From assembly GCA_030704615.1 (NCBI GenBank), contig CM060731.1, forward strand, positions 35,836,001 to 35,900,000: DNA of 64,000 nucleotides, read 5' to 3'. The notes beneath the pieces were generated by a model. That model was not told the origin of the DNA, searched no databases, and saw only the letters and a list, made by a program, of their open reading frames with translations. Position numbers and translations under genes: made by a program. The first letter of the stretch is position 1. The number at the start of each line of letters is the position of its first letter. Of the stretch, positions 1 through 13,366 are shown piece by piece. The stretch is from Takakia lepidozioides (Eukaryota; Plantae; Bryophyta).

Positions 1-855
1 GTTAGTCCATTTTATACTTAGCCACAACTTAGAGTCAAATTTCGAGACCAAGTGTGGGTTACACCGAGTGGAGTTATACACCTCGTCGTGTAACCCGATG
101 TAACCCCAAGTGGAGTTACACAACTCATTGTATAACCCCGACTGGAGTTGACACTCCATCAGTTCCATGTCGCTCTCAAGAGAGGGTGGGGAAGATTTGA
201 CATCCGGAAACGGCCGTACCATCCTGTCAGATGTTGCACGTGTTCATTAAGTCATTACATTATTCCTATTATCTTCCCAAATAAACACACATGATGAAAA
301 AAAAATGTTAACTGGTTAATGGACAGCAGGGCGACTAAAAACATTATACCCTGCCAAAGAGGAGCTGCAAGAGAAACCTTGACCAGAGCTACCGATTCCA
401 AAGGTCAACTTTAACCTTTATTATTAGAAGGGGACAGTCGTACAATCCGCCAAGTCTCTGTTGCGTGTGGACTGTGTGATAACTGTTCGCTAAGATCCAA
501 GGCTACTTACCATTCCCTTGTACGAATCAGGCTGGCTGAAATGTGGTCAGAAACTATGGGGAAGTCCCTCTATTAAGGCAATGCAGCTTTCAGCCCACCT
601 GTGGAAGCTGCAGAACCAGTTCAGCAGCTTCGTACAAGGTGTTGATCAAGTGTGCGGAGAGTCGCGCGGCTTCTTCTACCGCCAGAAACTTCCCACCAAT
701 CCTTCAGCTCCTGGAATTCGGAGTGCGTGTAACACATGAGGATCGGAGAGTCTCGCGCACGGGGCGGCTGAGTATAGATATATGCTCTTAACTACATGGA
801 CACTAAAGGTCTAGTGCATGAAAGAGGGAGCTCAGATCTACCAATATTGGCTAAG

Positions 856-3570
856 ATGACGAATTGGGGGATTCCCGCAGTGTGCGCAGTGTTGTGTGTA
901 TATTGGGTAGCCACCATACTGTTCTGGCGATGGTGGAGACCTTACAGTAGACGCAGATTCTACGAGAAGCAAGGCATTCGGGGGCCTGCTTTCAGGCCCT
1001 TCATTGGGAATCTTCCGGAGATTCACGAGCTCCGGAGTTCCATCCCACGCAGTCTCCAGTTTACAGATCCCACTTCCGCTCGGACGATTCCATACCTTGT
1101 CACCTTTGCTAGGCAGTATGGTATGATCCATGGTTTTTGCACTCATCTACTTTATGATCTCGGAGCAGCACGGAGCATTATGTGCATTGATTGTTCAAGT
1201 TGTCATTAGATGTAGCGGACTTCAGATGTTTCTCAAGTAATGTGAAGTAGGCGAAGCAGTTAAATCTGCCCTGGAGTATATGGAGTGAGCCGTATCAGGA
1301 CTATGTTCATAATCTATAAATTAGATTCATTTGCTCTTGATGTACAAACCTTTCCAGTCGCCCTAGTTACTAAATGTTTGGATTATCTGGACCTCTTCAA
1401 TACAGGCAATGTGTCTATTCATGAAGTGGGATCGTCAACACGGCTTGAGGTCACGGATCCAACGCTGGTGAAACAAGTCTTCTTGTCGAAAGCTTCAGGC
1501 TACAGCAAATCTGTGCTGAATAACGAGGGCGAGACTTCCTTTGGTGGGGAGGGGCCTTCTCGTGTCTGAAGGTTCGCTTTGGAAGGAACAGCATAGGATC
1601 ATCAGCCCTTCTTTCCGTCCGAACCACCTAAAGGTACTAAAGTCATTCTACTTAACGATCTCGTACATGTTCTGAACAGGATGCTAAATCTCGAGAGACG
1701 GAAATTTTCCTGTAAAGAGATTGCAAGCATAGAATCATCAGCCCTTCTTTCCGCCCGAACCACCTGAAGGTAATAAAGTCATTCTACTTAACGAGTACAT
1801 GTTTGGAACATGATGCTAAATCTCGAGCGAGGGGAATTTTCCTGTAAAGAGATTTCAAGTAATTTGATCTTCACTATTTCAGTGTCAGACGATTGTAGGC
1901 TGATGCAATCCGGTTAGACCAGTGCACTGATGTCACATCGTGGATGCATCACCCAAAATTGCAGGACCGTCTCTTCCATCATATTGTGGACTGTGGGGAG
2001 GAGCTAGTCCAAAAATGGCAAACGCAAATTAGCAACACCTCAGATGGGAAGTGCGCAGAGATCCCCATTGACTTGGACATTTCCAGAACAACGGTGGACA
2101 TAGTTGTCAGGGCCACTTGGCTCGAACGGAGTGAGTGCTGGAGAAATAGACTAAGTCAGCAAAGGGGGCATGGCCGCTCAGGCTATGAAAGCATTGGTCA
2201 TTACAAACAGTGACAGAGTGCTTGGATATGGCCGCCTCCTACCTGGCTTCAGGTGTGCTTAGTTTCATTGAACTCGTTAGTACTCTTCAGGTGCACTATT
2301 CATTTCACTGAGCGTTGGTCAGGTTTAAGGCAGGTAGACCTATATCCACAAACTTATTGCCTGCCAGAGTACGCATGACTTCGATTTATTGGTGCTCAAC
2401 GTCAAAATGCCGCTTCAATTGGATGTTTAAAACAATATGCATTTCAATGCAGGTTCCTTCAATCGCCAGCCATCGGAAACTGCGGAGACACGAAAAAAGT
2501 TGTAGGACGCTATAGTCGAAGAGATTGTGGGATGCACGCCTTGTGGCAGGCCACCAAAGGCATTCAACAGACGACGTTGCCACACGAGATAGTATATTAC
2601 GGTCATGACTTATTGGGAATAATGTGATGGAGGCAAATGCAGGCAGGCAGTGCCACGATGACCCAAAACCAGCTCCTGCATGAATGCAAAACCATTGTTT
2701 CTGCAGAAACCTAACCACAGCAATTCTCTTGACTTGGACACTAACGATGCTGGCAGTGCATCCCGAGTGGCAGCATCGCGCGCGTTCAGAAGTGGAGGAG
2801 GTCTGGGGAATGCCCACCTGACGCTGCATGAAACACTGCTAACCTCAAATCGGTGAGTAAGCTTTTCTTTGGCAGTCTTTAAGTAAAACAGAATGCTTTT
2901 CCAATCTCATAGAAGGCTTCTCGACTCAATGTTTCGAGCGCTTACGTGGGACTGTAGACCGGGCAGGTTAACAGTTAACACCTGAAGTCATTACATACAA
3001 TGCCTGCGCTAAGCTGATTTTAGCTTGAGTTGAAATGCTGGTAGTGAGCCCTACTGATAGTACTAAAAGAAGAGGTTTATGATTAATATTGTCTCCAATA
3101 GTTAGAATGACTCTTGTGGTGGCACCCAGGTGGCGATGATACTGAACGAGACATTGCGGCTTTACCCGTCGATCACAGTAATTGAGAGAGACTCCATTAA
3201 GGCACACAAATTGGGAGACATATCCGTATTTCCTGGTACCACCATAGTGATTCCTATCGCTCTCATTCATCAGAGCCAGGAGCTTTGGGGGGAAAAGACG
3301 CCCCCAGTTTCAAACCCGATCGTTGGGAGTCCCCGCTGACGCACACCAGCACGACCATCTGCCTTTTTGGGCGGGGGCGGTACCCGCATGTGCTGTGGAG
3401 AAGAAATTTGCAGTGATGGAGGCCAAGGCTCTTCTCTGCATGCTGCTGCAAAGGTTCAGCTTCTCTCTGTCACCGGGGTAACGCCATGCGCCTGGCATAA
3501 ACCAAGCCTTTATGCCCGAACGTGGAGTGCAGCTTTTTGTCAGGAAGCTCGATCACACCTCATCCAATTA
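856..3570 (+). pseudogene. Cytochrome P450 copy 1 (CYP72-clan-like), disrupted
   Basis: Exon 1 (ATG 856, GIRGPAFRPFIGNL) is near-identical to copies 2 and 3. ETLR and heme-like GGGTRMCCG are present. Exons 2-5 carry many 1-2 nt indels, and a ~137-bp tandem duplication spans the exon 2/intron 2 junction (~1590-1860). The 3' end is approximate. Confidence 0.85.
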
Positions 3571-4964
3571 ATTTGCGCTGAAATATCAGCCAGTCTACTG
3601 GTCCTCCCACACTAAGTTAGGCAACAGCAAACACTCTGTTTTACGCACTTGAGCAGGTAGTGATGCCTGTTGTGCAAACATGGGTACCTGGATCTCTTAA
3701 CATGTGCCTTCGACCGTCCATTGGCCCCTCGAGGGGCTGTGTGAGGCTCAGTAAATTCACTGGACGTTAAACAAAGTTTAGTTTACTTCACACACCTAAG
3801 TTCTTATGTTACTCCTAAATTTCTCGGTCAAGTTACTGCTGTTAAAAGTAGTATATTGAAGAAGGTTAATTCGCAAGGAGGTGTGGAAGGGTTCATAAAG
3901 AGATGTGAGAAAAATTCCAATACCATAATTTGGAGAAGACAATCAAAGTTGTCATCAAGCCCCTATCATATAAACTCCTACAGCTAAATAACCCTATCAA
4001 TTGTTTAAGTTTATCTTTTTATTTTACTCTCTAGACTACTAACATTGGGTTTCAAATGATGCCCGGAGAGGTATCAATATACAGCTGGACAAGCTTCTAA
4101 ACCTGATCACACTATGTCTCTACTAGATCCATGGATTGAATCTGATGAAAATTTGTGGCAACACTCCCTTCCCATTAGCCGGTGCAATCTTCTCCCTTTC
4201 TTCGACCTTCAGGAACAGCCCCTGCGAGGATTTGGGACCCTCTTGAAGACTCTATCGCGATTGAGAACAGTACAGCCTGTGAATTTTACTGGCTACTAGA
4301 ATAGCTATACTATAATCCCCCAAGTCGCTGTTGTGTGTGGACGGAGCAGTTCGACAGGATCAAAGGCTACCACTCCCTCTACAAAATCAGGCTGGGTGAA
4401 ATGTGGTCAGAAATTAGGTTATGGGAAATTCAGGGCAGGTCCCAGAAGCAGCTTTGTACAGAGAAGCTGCAGGTTTGAGTTACACGGGCAGCTGCGCGGC
4501 TTCTTCTGTCGTCAATGCACAGAAGCCTCCCCACAACACGTCAGCTCGTGTTCCGTGCAAACTGGAGTGCGTGTAACGCTGGAGGATCAGAGAGCAGCGC
4601 GTACGTGGCGGCTGAGTACAACAATCTCGATCTTTAGACCGGGACAGGGCGCACGGACGCAGGGTCGCCCTTCCCCGCCCCGCCCACAGTGAAGGAGAGA
4701 ACCGCCCCCTCCTCGATATAACTTACCCTATGCGGGCCCGGCCTGTCAAGTGGAGCCTTCGAGAAAGCTAACTAGTCCGAAGGCTGGTCCTCGCCAAGTG
4801 TCCACAGCCCCACATATGAGGCCTGGACACACGTCCTTCTCCTGTCGCCCTCCTGTATCGCTCGACGGCACCTGTTCCTACTCCTTATTAATCGCTCCCA
4901 CCATAACTATGTCCTTGACCTTCCAAAGTTTCCGGAACAGTTCTTGGGTACTTATGGGCTGAAA

Positions 4965-7843
4965 ATGACGATTTGGGGGATTCCAGCAGTGTGTGCAGCG
5001 TTGTGTGTATGTTGGGTAGGCACCATACTGTTCTGGCGATGGTGGACGCCATACAGTAGACGCAGATTCTACGAGAAGCAAGGCATTCGCGGGCCAGTTT
5101 TCAGGCCCTTCATTGGGAGTCTTCCCGAGATTCACGAGCTCCAGAATTCCATCCCACGCAGTCTCCAGTTTACAGATCCCACCTCCACTCGGACGATTCC
5201 ATTCCTGGTCACCTTTGCAAGGAAGTATGGTATGATCCATGGTTTTTGTACGCATGTCTCAGATTACTAGAATATCGAGGCACTTTATGATCTCGGAGCA
5301 TGGGCATTAATTGAAGTTGTCATTTAGATTCATGAAACAGTTGCTAATTTTCTCTTTGAGGTGTAGACCTGTAAAGGTAATGGAAGTTGCGTGAAGCAGT
5401 TCTATCTTCCCTAGAGTACATGTAGTGAACCTTATGAGGACTATGTTCGTTAAGTTCTAGATTCATTTGTTCCTAAAGGAATCACAGGTGCCCTAGTTCT
5501 GAAATGTTTTGGATATTTGGTCTTGAATACAGGCAATGTGTCTATTCATGAAGTGGGGTCGTCAACACGGATTGAGGTCACGGATCCAATCCTGGTGAAA
5601 CAAGTCCTGTTGTCGAAAGCTTCTTGCTACAACAAATGTGAGCTGAGTAGCGAATCGGTTGCTCCTTTGGTGGGGAAGGGCCTTCTCGTGTCTGAAGGTT
5701 CGTTTTGGAAGGAACAGCACAGAATCATCAGCCCTTCTTTCCGTCTGAAGTACATCAAAGTACTAAACTCACTCCTACTTAACGAGTACATGTTTTGGAC
5801 AGGATCAGGCTAATTCTGGCCGCTCTGCTGTACATAGATTGCAAGTAAATTCATCTTCAATATTTCAGTGTGTGAGACGAATGTTGTAGACTGACGTGGT
5901 CCCCCATTGATGCTCTGTAGGTCGATCAGTCCCGACCTCCTCCAGATGCAATATAATGCTTGCTAGTGTATACATATATGCCATACATCATATATCCAGA
6001 TTCAAGAACAATGTAATTAAGATCTCTACATATCTAGATGTACATCTTATAATGTAGTGATGCAGGGTTATAAGCACGTTGTCTCTTCTCTGTCTCACAT
6101 ATACATCAATTTCCGATTTGTAGACCAGTGCACTGATCACCCAAAATACACGCAGGACCGTCTCTTTCATCATATTGTGGACTGTGGGGAGGAGCTAGTC
6201 CAAAAATGGCAAACGCAAATTAGCAACACCTCAGATGGGAAGTGCGCAGAGATCACCATTGACTTGGATATTCCCAGAACAACCGTGGACATAGTTGTCA
6301 GGGCCACTTTTGGCTCGACAAAAGTGAGGGCTGGAGAAAATGACCAAGTCAGCAAAGGAGGCATGGCCGCTCAGGCTATGAAAGCATTGTCCGCTACAAA
6401 CAGTGACAGAGCATTTGGATATGGCCGCCTCCTACCTGGTTTCAGGTGCCACCCTCTTTCATTTCTGTCTAGTTTGTCTAATTAATTTCAGGTGCACTAT
6501 TCATGAATGTTAAGTAAAGCCGTTTTCTCACTGTCACACGTAACAAGTATTACAGAGCTTGTATTGAGATCAAGGTTTGATCAATCTGTACATGTTTCAT
6601 TTCACGGAGTGTTGCTCAGTTTTAAGGCGGGTAGACCTATGGCCACAAACTTATTGACTGCCATAGTATGTAGGACTTCGAGATTTTATTGGTTCTCAAC
6701 GTTACGTTGGTCAAGATGCCCAGTTCAAGTGGATGTGAAAAAAAAACGCATTTCAAATGCAGGTTTCTTCCAATCGCCAGCAATCGGAAAGTGTGGAGAG
6801 ACCAAAACGTTATAGACTCTATACTTGAAGAAATTGTAGATGCACGCCTTGAGGCCACCAAAGGTATTCAACAGACGAAGTCTCCACAGGAGAGTATATA
6901 CGGCGACGACTTGTTGGGAGTAATGATGGAGGCGATGCAGGCAGGCAGTGCCACGATGAACAAAACCCAACTTCTGCAGGAATGCAAAACCATTTTTGCT
7001 GCTGGAAACATAACCACTTCACTTCTTTTGACTTGGACACTAACGATGCTGTCGTTGCATCCCGAGTGGCAGCATCGGGCGCGTTCAGAAGTGGAGGAGG
7101 TCTTGCGGGATGCCCCACCTGACGCTGAAAACACTGCTAACCTCAAATCGGTGAGTAAGCTTTTCCTTGCCGATAAGTAAACAGCATGTTTTTCGACTCC
7201 ATAAAACTTGGCGTCTCAGCTCAATGTCGAAGCGTCACATGGACTGGAGACCGGACAGGTGTACACCTTCATTACATGCATGCCTCCTCAAAGCTGATTT
7301 TAGGTTGAGATGAAATGCCAGGGCTCACATACATAAAAGGTTTCTGATTAATATGCATCTAAGTAGAATGACTCTTGTGATGGCACCCAGGTGGCGATGA
7401 TACTCGACGAGACACTGCGGCTTTACCCGCCGGTCGCAGCAATTGAAAGAGACTCTATTGAGGCACACGAATTGGGAGACATATCCGTACTTCCTGGTAC
7501 CACCATAGTGATTCCTATCGCTCTCATTCATCAGAGCCAGGAGCTTTGGGGAAAAGACGCTACCAGTTTCAAACCGGATCGTTGGGAGTCCGTGGCGCAC
7601 CCAGACGCCTTCCTGCCTTTTGGTGGCGGTACTCGCATTTGCTTGGGGAAGAACTTTGCATTGATGGAGGCCAAGGCTCTTCTCTGCATGCTGCTGCAAA
7701 GGTTCAGCTTCTCTCTGTCACCGGGCTATCGCCATGCGCCTGGCATAAACCAAGCCCTTATGCCTGAATTTGGAGTGCAGCTTCTTGTCAGGAAGCTTGA
7801 TCGCACCTCCTCGCTGAGTTATCAGCTAGTCCCATCCCACTAG
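4965..7843 (+). CDS. Cytochrome P450 copy 2 (CYP72-clan-like), apparently intact, about 540 aa
   Basis: Exons 4965-5229, 5533-5759, 6156-6445, 6763-7150 and 7391-7843 have GT-AG boundaries and compatible phases (total 1623 nt). Motifs: N-terminal TM anchor, GIRGP hinge, WKEQH, I-helix FAAGNITTS, HPEWQ, ETLR, PDRW and heme motif PFGGGTRICLG. The 5-exon layout is typical of the CYP72 clan. Confidence 0.92.
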
Positions 7844-7874
7844 GCAACAACGACTTGGGTTGTATATACACACA

Positions 7875-10800
7875 TGTTAGACTAACAATCAGAACAGTCA
7901 GTAGTCAGTACTCTAATCCGTTGTTGAACTAAATTCATGTTTGGTTAGCTCTCCGGTTAGCTCTCCATTTAGTTACAGCTTAGGAACTACATAGTTTGAG
8001 ATGCTTATTCTGGGTATCTTTTGAGTCGCTTGTTATTATCACTGTTAGTGTTTTGTTTCTATTAACGGTTAGAGCTGATTTGCACCATCTTCAAGCTTGG
8101 AATGAAAGCTCAATTCTTCTTCCGTAAAGCTTTGGTTTGTTGGGCTTTTGTTTTTTTGGCCATATTGCTCCTTGCTAGTTGTATCTCAAAATATTACTCC
8201 TTACAAAAATATAAACAGATGGCCAGTCCAAAGCTCGTTGGAAGTCTGCTACCCCCAAGCAGGTGGCACCTCAGAAGGAAATAAAAAAATGTCAATTACT
8301 TCGGTCTCCAATTTCCTTAATCTGGAGGAGAAATAGCAGGTGGCACCACAAGCACTGGCCTCATTTAGGGTAGTATCGACCTAGGCAGACCCAATCATCT
8401 CATCAATGACAATCCCGGTTGAATTGGGACGCTGCCCCAAGCCTTGAGGATGAAGCCCTTGTCCACACCACAACAGGACTCCCGTGGACAAGCAAAGTCC
8501 CCCCCCCATGCGCTTCATTGATTTTCAGGATCGCGATGTTAGCATTGCATGGATTGCACTCAACCCCCATCATTCGCAAGCATTTGCTTGCATCTAATGT
8601 CGGCCTTCCCAATTCTGGCTCTGAGGGGATGCTCTCAATTGTCCTATGGAAGCCCACCACAAGCAACATGTGTCACTCGATTAATATATTGTAAGAAAGA
8701 TGAGCCACGCCTATGTTGTAAGCTGCAAATTACACTATAGGTTTTGATTGAATAGTCATTGTATGATCGACTTGTGGCACAGTGGCACATGCAGAGTCTA
8801 ATGAACTGTGATTACTCTTCTTAGATGTGGTGAAAATTAACTATAGTTCATGAACAAAATGCTAGCTCTGAGAATGTGCATGTTCTACAAGCAAAGATGT
8901 ATCACTACAAGTTGCAAGAGGGAGACAATATGGCTAGTTTCATCGGTAGCATTGAGGCAATGGCTAGACAATTGAGTGACTTGAGAGAGAAAATGTTCAG
9001 ATTCTACTATAATCTCAAAGATCATTTGTTCACTACCTCCTAATTATGATAACGTCCTTGAGGCATGGGATAGCGTACCTGCTAATGAGAGAACCCTCAA
9101 TAATCTCACGGCAAGATTGATAAAAAAAAAAAAAAAACACTTCGGAAGATGAGAGGTGACGAAACTACATACAAAGTTTTCTTTACCATGCGTTCTGTAA
9201 GTGGAAGTAACGCTACCATAAGCAATTGGAAGAATCTTACAAACAAGGGCTGATAGGATAGCTGCACAGAAAAAGATTAGTAACTGCCCCTGTTGTGGTA
9301 AACAAGCCCATTGGGTCAGAGAATGCAAGTGTAAAAAACGCTTAAAGAAATTGTAGAAGAACCAAACAAATGTATTGGAGGACACATAAAGTGTTAATGT
9401 CATGGGCGATGCCTTTACTATAGTAGACACGGTATGTGGAGAGTGTTTAGTGAGGCTTGTTTTGTGCGATCAAGAACGAAGATTGGTACTCAGACTCAGT
9501 TGCAATGCAGCAGATGACAGACAAGTGTCATTGGTTTAGGTCGATCCATCCTATCAGAAAGCTGGATACTAGGGAGAGTGAGTGTTGCTAATGATCAGAT
9601 TGGTGCAGGGTCGCTGGAGTAGGTGACATAGATATACTCTCTTTGGTCAATGGTAAGTGGCAAAAATGAGTCATACAAAGAGCTATGTATGTTCCAGGAT
9701 TATGTCGAAATCTTCTCTCCGTTGGTCAAATGGATGAGAGGAACGTGGTTGCAATTTATAAAAACGGTGAAGTCCACCTTCGACAAGGACATAGGACTGG
9801 AAGAGTCATGATGGAAGGAGTCAAGGTTGGTCAATTATATAAGATGCACATCAAAGTGGTTGTACCAGAATCTCGAGAGGCTAATGTTGTGACAGAATAT
9901 CAAGCCAAGACATCCAAGAGACTATTGGCTTGATAGTAGGATAGTCTCAGTACCATAGTCTCTTGATAGTTGGATAACTATTGACTATAGGCATAACCGA
10001 TTAGCACAAGTCAACACAAATATGATACGAAGAATGTTCAGAGAAAACTGAGTTACCATTTTGACTCTGAGTCGTGAACCCTCTTTTTTGTGTATGGGCA
10101 TGTGTGTCGCGGCCCTTTGCCTTGAGGGCAGGGGGTCGGGACACAAGAGGGGCTGCCCCTGTGGTGGGGGCAGTGGCAGCGATAGGTATGGGGGGCTGAA
10201 GCACCCTTGAGTGCCCAAGGCACTCAAGGAGGCGGAGGTGCTCACTAGGTGGAGCCCCGCACACCGGGTTGCGGTGGGGGTGGCTCCACAAGGGGTGGTG
10301 GTAGCTTAGCGGGACTTAGTGGGGGTGACATAGGACTCACCCTGGGGCGGAGACCTCGTGGTGGGAGTCGTGGGGAGTCTTGGGACTCATCACGGTCCAT
10401 AAGGGCCGTGGTGGGTGGGCCAAGACTCACTGCGACTCATCACCGGGAGTCGAGGGTGTTCGTGGTGGTTCGCCATAAAATGGCATGGTTGTTTGTGAAA
10501 CCCCCGCGGATAGCTACAGAAGTATATATAGGGAGTAGTAACCCTGAGAACGGTGCAAGCCCGTTGGTGACCAAAAACTAGTGAGTAAGCGAGCGAGCCG
10601 GAAAGCGACCAAAGAGTGGGGAGCTGTTCCGGACTGCCAACTACCAAAGGGAATTCCGCTGGTTCCAAATCGTTGGAGGGTTATTTGGGAGAACAAAGGG
10701 GGAACGTTATGCCCCGGTGAGCAGCCGGAGCTCCAAGTTGGCCCGGCGGCCAGGTTGGGAGTTAGGCGCGCGCATCAAGCGAGTAACTATGATTTGAGGG

Positions 10801-11380
10801 GAGAGCTTACCGAAGTGAGGTGCGCGACACGTGCACACATCAAAAACTATAGACAACCGTTTCCTGTGAATTTCGAGAGAGAGAAAGCAAAACTACCAGA
10901 AGCGTTTTATCATATGGATAATATTTGTGGTCTAATGAATGTTGAATCATGGGAGGATCATTTTATTTCATTCTTTTCAAGGATGATTACAGTAGTCATA
11001 GAGTTGTATATTGCATGCCACACCGGAGAGAAGTGTTGTAATATTTCAAGAAACTTGTGAGTGAATCGTTAAGAGGAATAGGTAATAAGATTCTCAAGAT
11101 CAGATCAGATCAGATCGGGGAGGGGAGTTCATCAGTCAGAAGTTTCAAAGAAAATATTGCAGAACAAGGGATAAGACATGAGATGACAGTTGCCTACACG
11201 CTAGAGCAAAATGGTGTCGCTGAGCGAGACAATATGATAATAGTGGAGAGTGCTCGCTGTATGTTGCATGCTCAGAACATTTTTTTTAAGTTTTGGGCAG
11301 AAGCTGTAATAACTGTAGTATATGTGCTCAACAGCATGGACAGGGTTGGAACACGATTGTTGACATACAAAACACCGTAT
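7875..11380 (+). mobile_element. Ty1/Copia LTR retrotransposon remnant (5' LTR, gag, protease, integrase; truncated)
   Basis: TG-start LTR-like segment 7875-~8066, then a degenerate PBS (ggttagagc). Degraded gag (IICSLPPNYDNV; zinc knuckle CPCCGKQAHWVREC), then MYVPGLCRNLLSVGQ and integrase QNGVAERDN...ARCML...FWAEAV...KTPY, ending ~11380. Many stops and frameshifts; RT, RNase H and 3' LTR are absent. Confidence 0.85.
10105..10829. mobile_element. Solo LTR inserted in the Copia integrase zinc finger
   Basis: GC-rich 725-bp block with inverted ends TGTCGCG...CGCGACA, flanked by TGTG/CGTG (4-bp TSD, 1 mismatch). Removing it restores Copia ...ACAHIKNYRQPFP. Confidence 0.8.
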
Positions 11381-11381
11381 T

Positions 11382-11600
11382 GTCAAAATTACCGCATTGT
11401 AAAGATGGAATTGTCATCGCTCTATGGTTATATTCAGCCCTGAGCTTCACCAAAATTGACAAGGCCGCTACTAAAGCATCTGATAAGAGCCAATATCCCC
11501 TGGTTCGATTTAGCACACACTGCTGAACAACCGGATTGAGCGTCTCAGTCACAGCTCGTGCAAATAGCCCACGTCAACCCCGAAGGTACCCTAGCTTGAA
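11382..11600 (-). mobile_element. hAT-like transposase fragment (downstream part)
   Basis: The minus strand reads QARVPSGLTWAI/(frameshift)ARAVTETLNPVVQQCVLNRTRGYWLLSDAL, which plausibly continues the transposase at 33780-34716. Confidence 0.6.
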
Positions 11601-12169
11601 GAGCAATAAACTCAATTTTAACTAATTCCGGACTTGAGATGAGTCTAGAAATAAGGATAAATGAATAAATAAATCATATATGAAACCTAAAAAATAATTT
11701 TTCCACTAACAATACATTAGTGCCATTATAATTAGTCATATATACTTTGATCAACTTTAGAAATGTTCGCGGATGCCGGACAAATGAAAAAACTTTGACT
11801 CTAATGCCGATGTTCCTGAAGAGAGATAAAGAAATAATATATACTTCAACCACATCATGTAGAGCTTAAAGTCCAAAACTGACAAAAAGTGGAAACAAAC
11901 ATTAAAATCAGGAGAGCTTCATTTATAGTTCAGATCATCCAATAGAAATGACAAATCAAACTTGGACACGGATGAGTATAGATCATTATTATTTTCGAAT
12001 GTCATTGAATGCACAATGATATTCACTACATACGACCTTGACATGTAAGTCAAACTGTGCAGATACAACTAAAGAACTTGCGATTTCTACAGCAAATTGT
12101 CCATATGCCTTGCCACAGCCGTAAATAATACTATAATTGTTAATAACTAACATCATGGGATGACATATT

Positions 12170-13366
12170 CTAGACTTGAGAAGCCGTCACGAATGATGAT
12201 TCCCTTCCCAAACGACTTGTATTCAGGGGCTGAGTTCGAAGACGCCTCCATATGCCCCATCCGATTCCAGCTTGACTTTTTGCACCAGACGAGAATGATT
12301 TATTCTCGGAATGGTCGAATAGATCATCAGAATTGATACTGGAACGTGTGGTTGACGAAGTTGAAGATATTGAACCATTCACATCTTGAACCAGTCTGAT
12401 CTTGAACCATTTCGATTTTGAACCATTCTGACGAATGTTTGCTTTCTCTTTGAGAACCAAAGTCCTCAACTCATACTCGTAAGTCACTGAAAAATATCAA
12501 AGCCCATAAACCCAATAAAAAAACGACCGGCCAATTGAGAAATTTAAAGAATAATACATACCTAAAAAAAGTACATGTTAGCATTCAATATTTATTTAAC
12601 TTTGACATGAATGACGAAGTACATACCAAAATAATCAGGCTGACTTGTCCACAGATGGAAAACAGAAGGATCCAAATATCGCCCATACCAAGACCATAGT
12701 GGGTGATTCCGATCTATCGCTGCGCGAGATGCTTTTGCAAAGCTCTCGCTCACATACTCAACAACACTAGATACTCCTATCATGTTTGAGATGAATGGCC
12801 ACACTGCATCATTTATATTAAACAACTTATTTTTTGACCCATTAAAAGTAAGAGGGAAATATCTAGTATTTGCAGGGTTTCTGAGTGATTTTGATGGTTC
12901 ATCATCCACAAGAAGGATTTGCCCTTCCCTCGCAAACGTTTTTCCAAGAAAACTAGCAAGAACGGTTTGAATATCCTTAATGAGATATCTCATCTCAGGC
13001 TTAATATAGCCGGCTGTCGCATTGCAATGCTCATTGGACCAAACAAAACAGAAGAGCTTCATCATATCAATGGGCACAAAACATTGTAGCATCTTAAGAA
13101 CAATGTTTGTTTCAGAGCAAGACCAAATGGCGACATGAAAGTTTTCAAAAAGACGCCTCAGGAACTCCACCACTCCAGGCCGAGGAATGACAAAAGGAGT
13201 ATTGGGGACCTTAATGGTCACATTTCTCCCTGAAAATCTGTTTTTGAACATCTCTCTTCCAGTTAAAGATGGTCGATAGCAAAGGATACCATTAATACTC
13301 AATATTATGAGCTTCATCCGCCTCTTCGGAGTAGAAGCGTCCCTGTCCGAAGAAGCATAATTCTCC
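12170..13366 (-). CDS. Cargo exons: FCP1/NIF-family HAD phosphatase-like domain lacking the catalytic Asp, plus terminal exon
   Basis: KLIILSINGIL (motif I, D>S), PRPGVVEFL, FHVAIWS and ILLVDDEPSK...NP. Splice acceptor ~13366, donor ~12625; last exon 12487-12170. Confidence 0.75.

Noticed and set aside
838-7699. Minus-strand ORFs overlapping the P450s
   Set aside because: Antisense shadows of the P450 exons, repeated only because the paralogs are similar.
10245-10800. Gly/Pro-rich ORFs as genes
   Set aside because: They are by-products of a GC-rich solo LTR.
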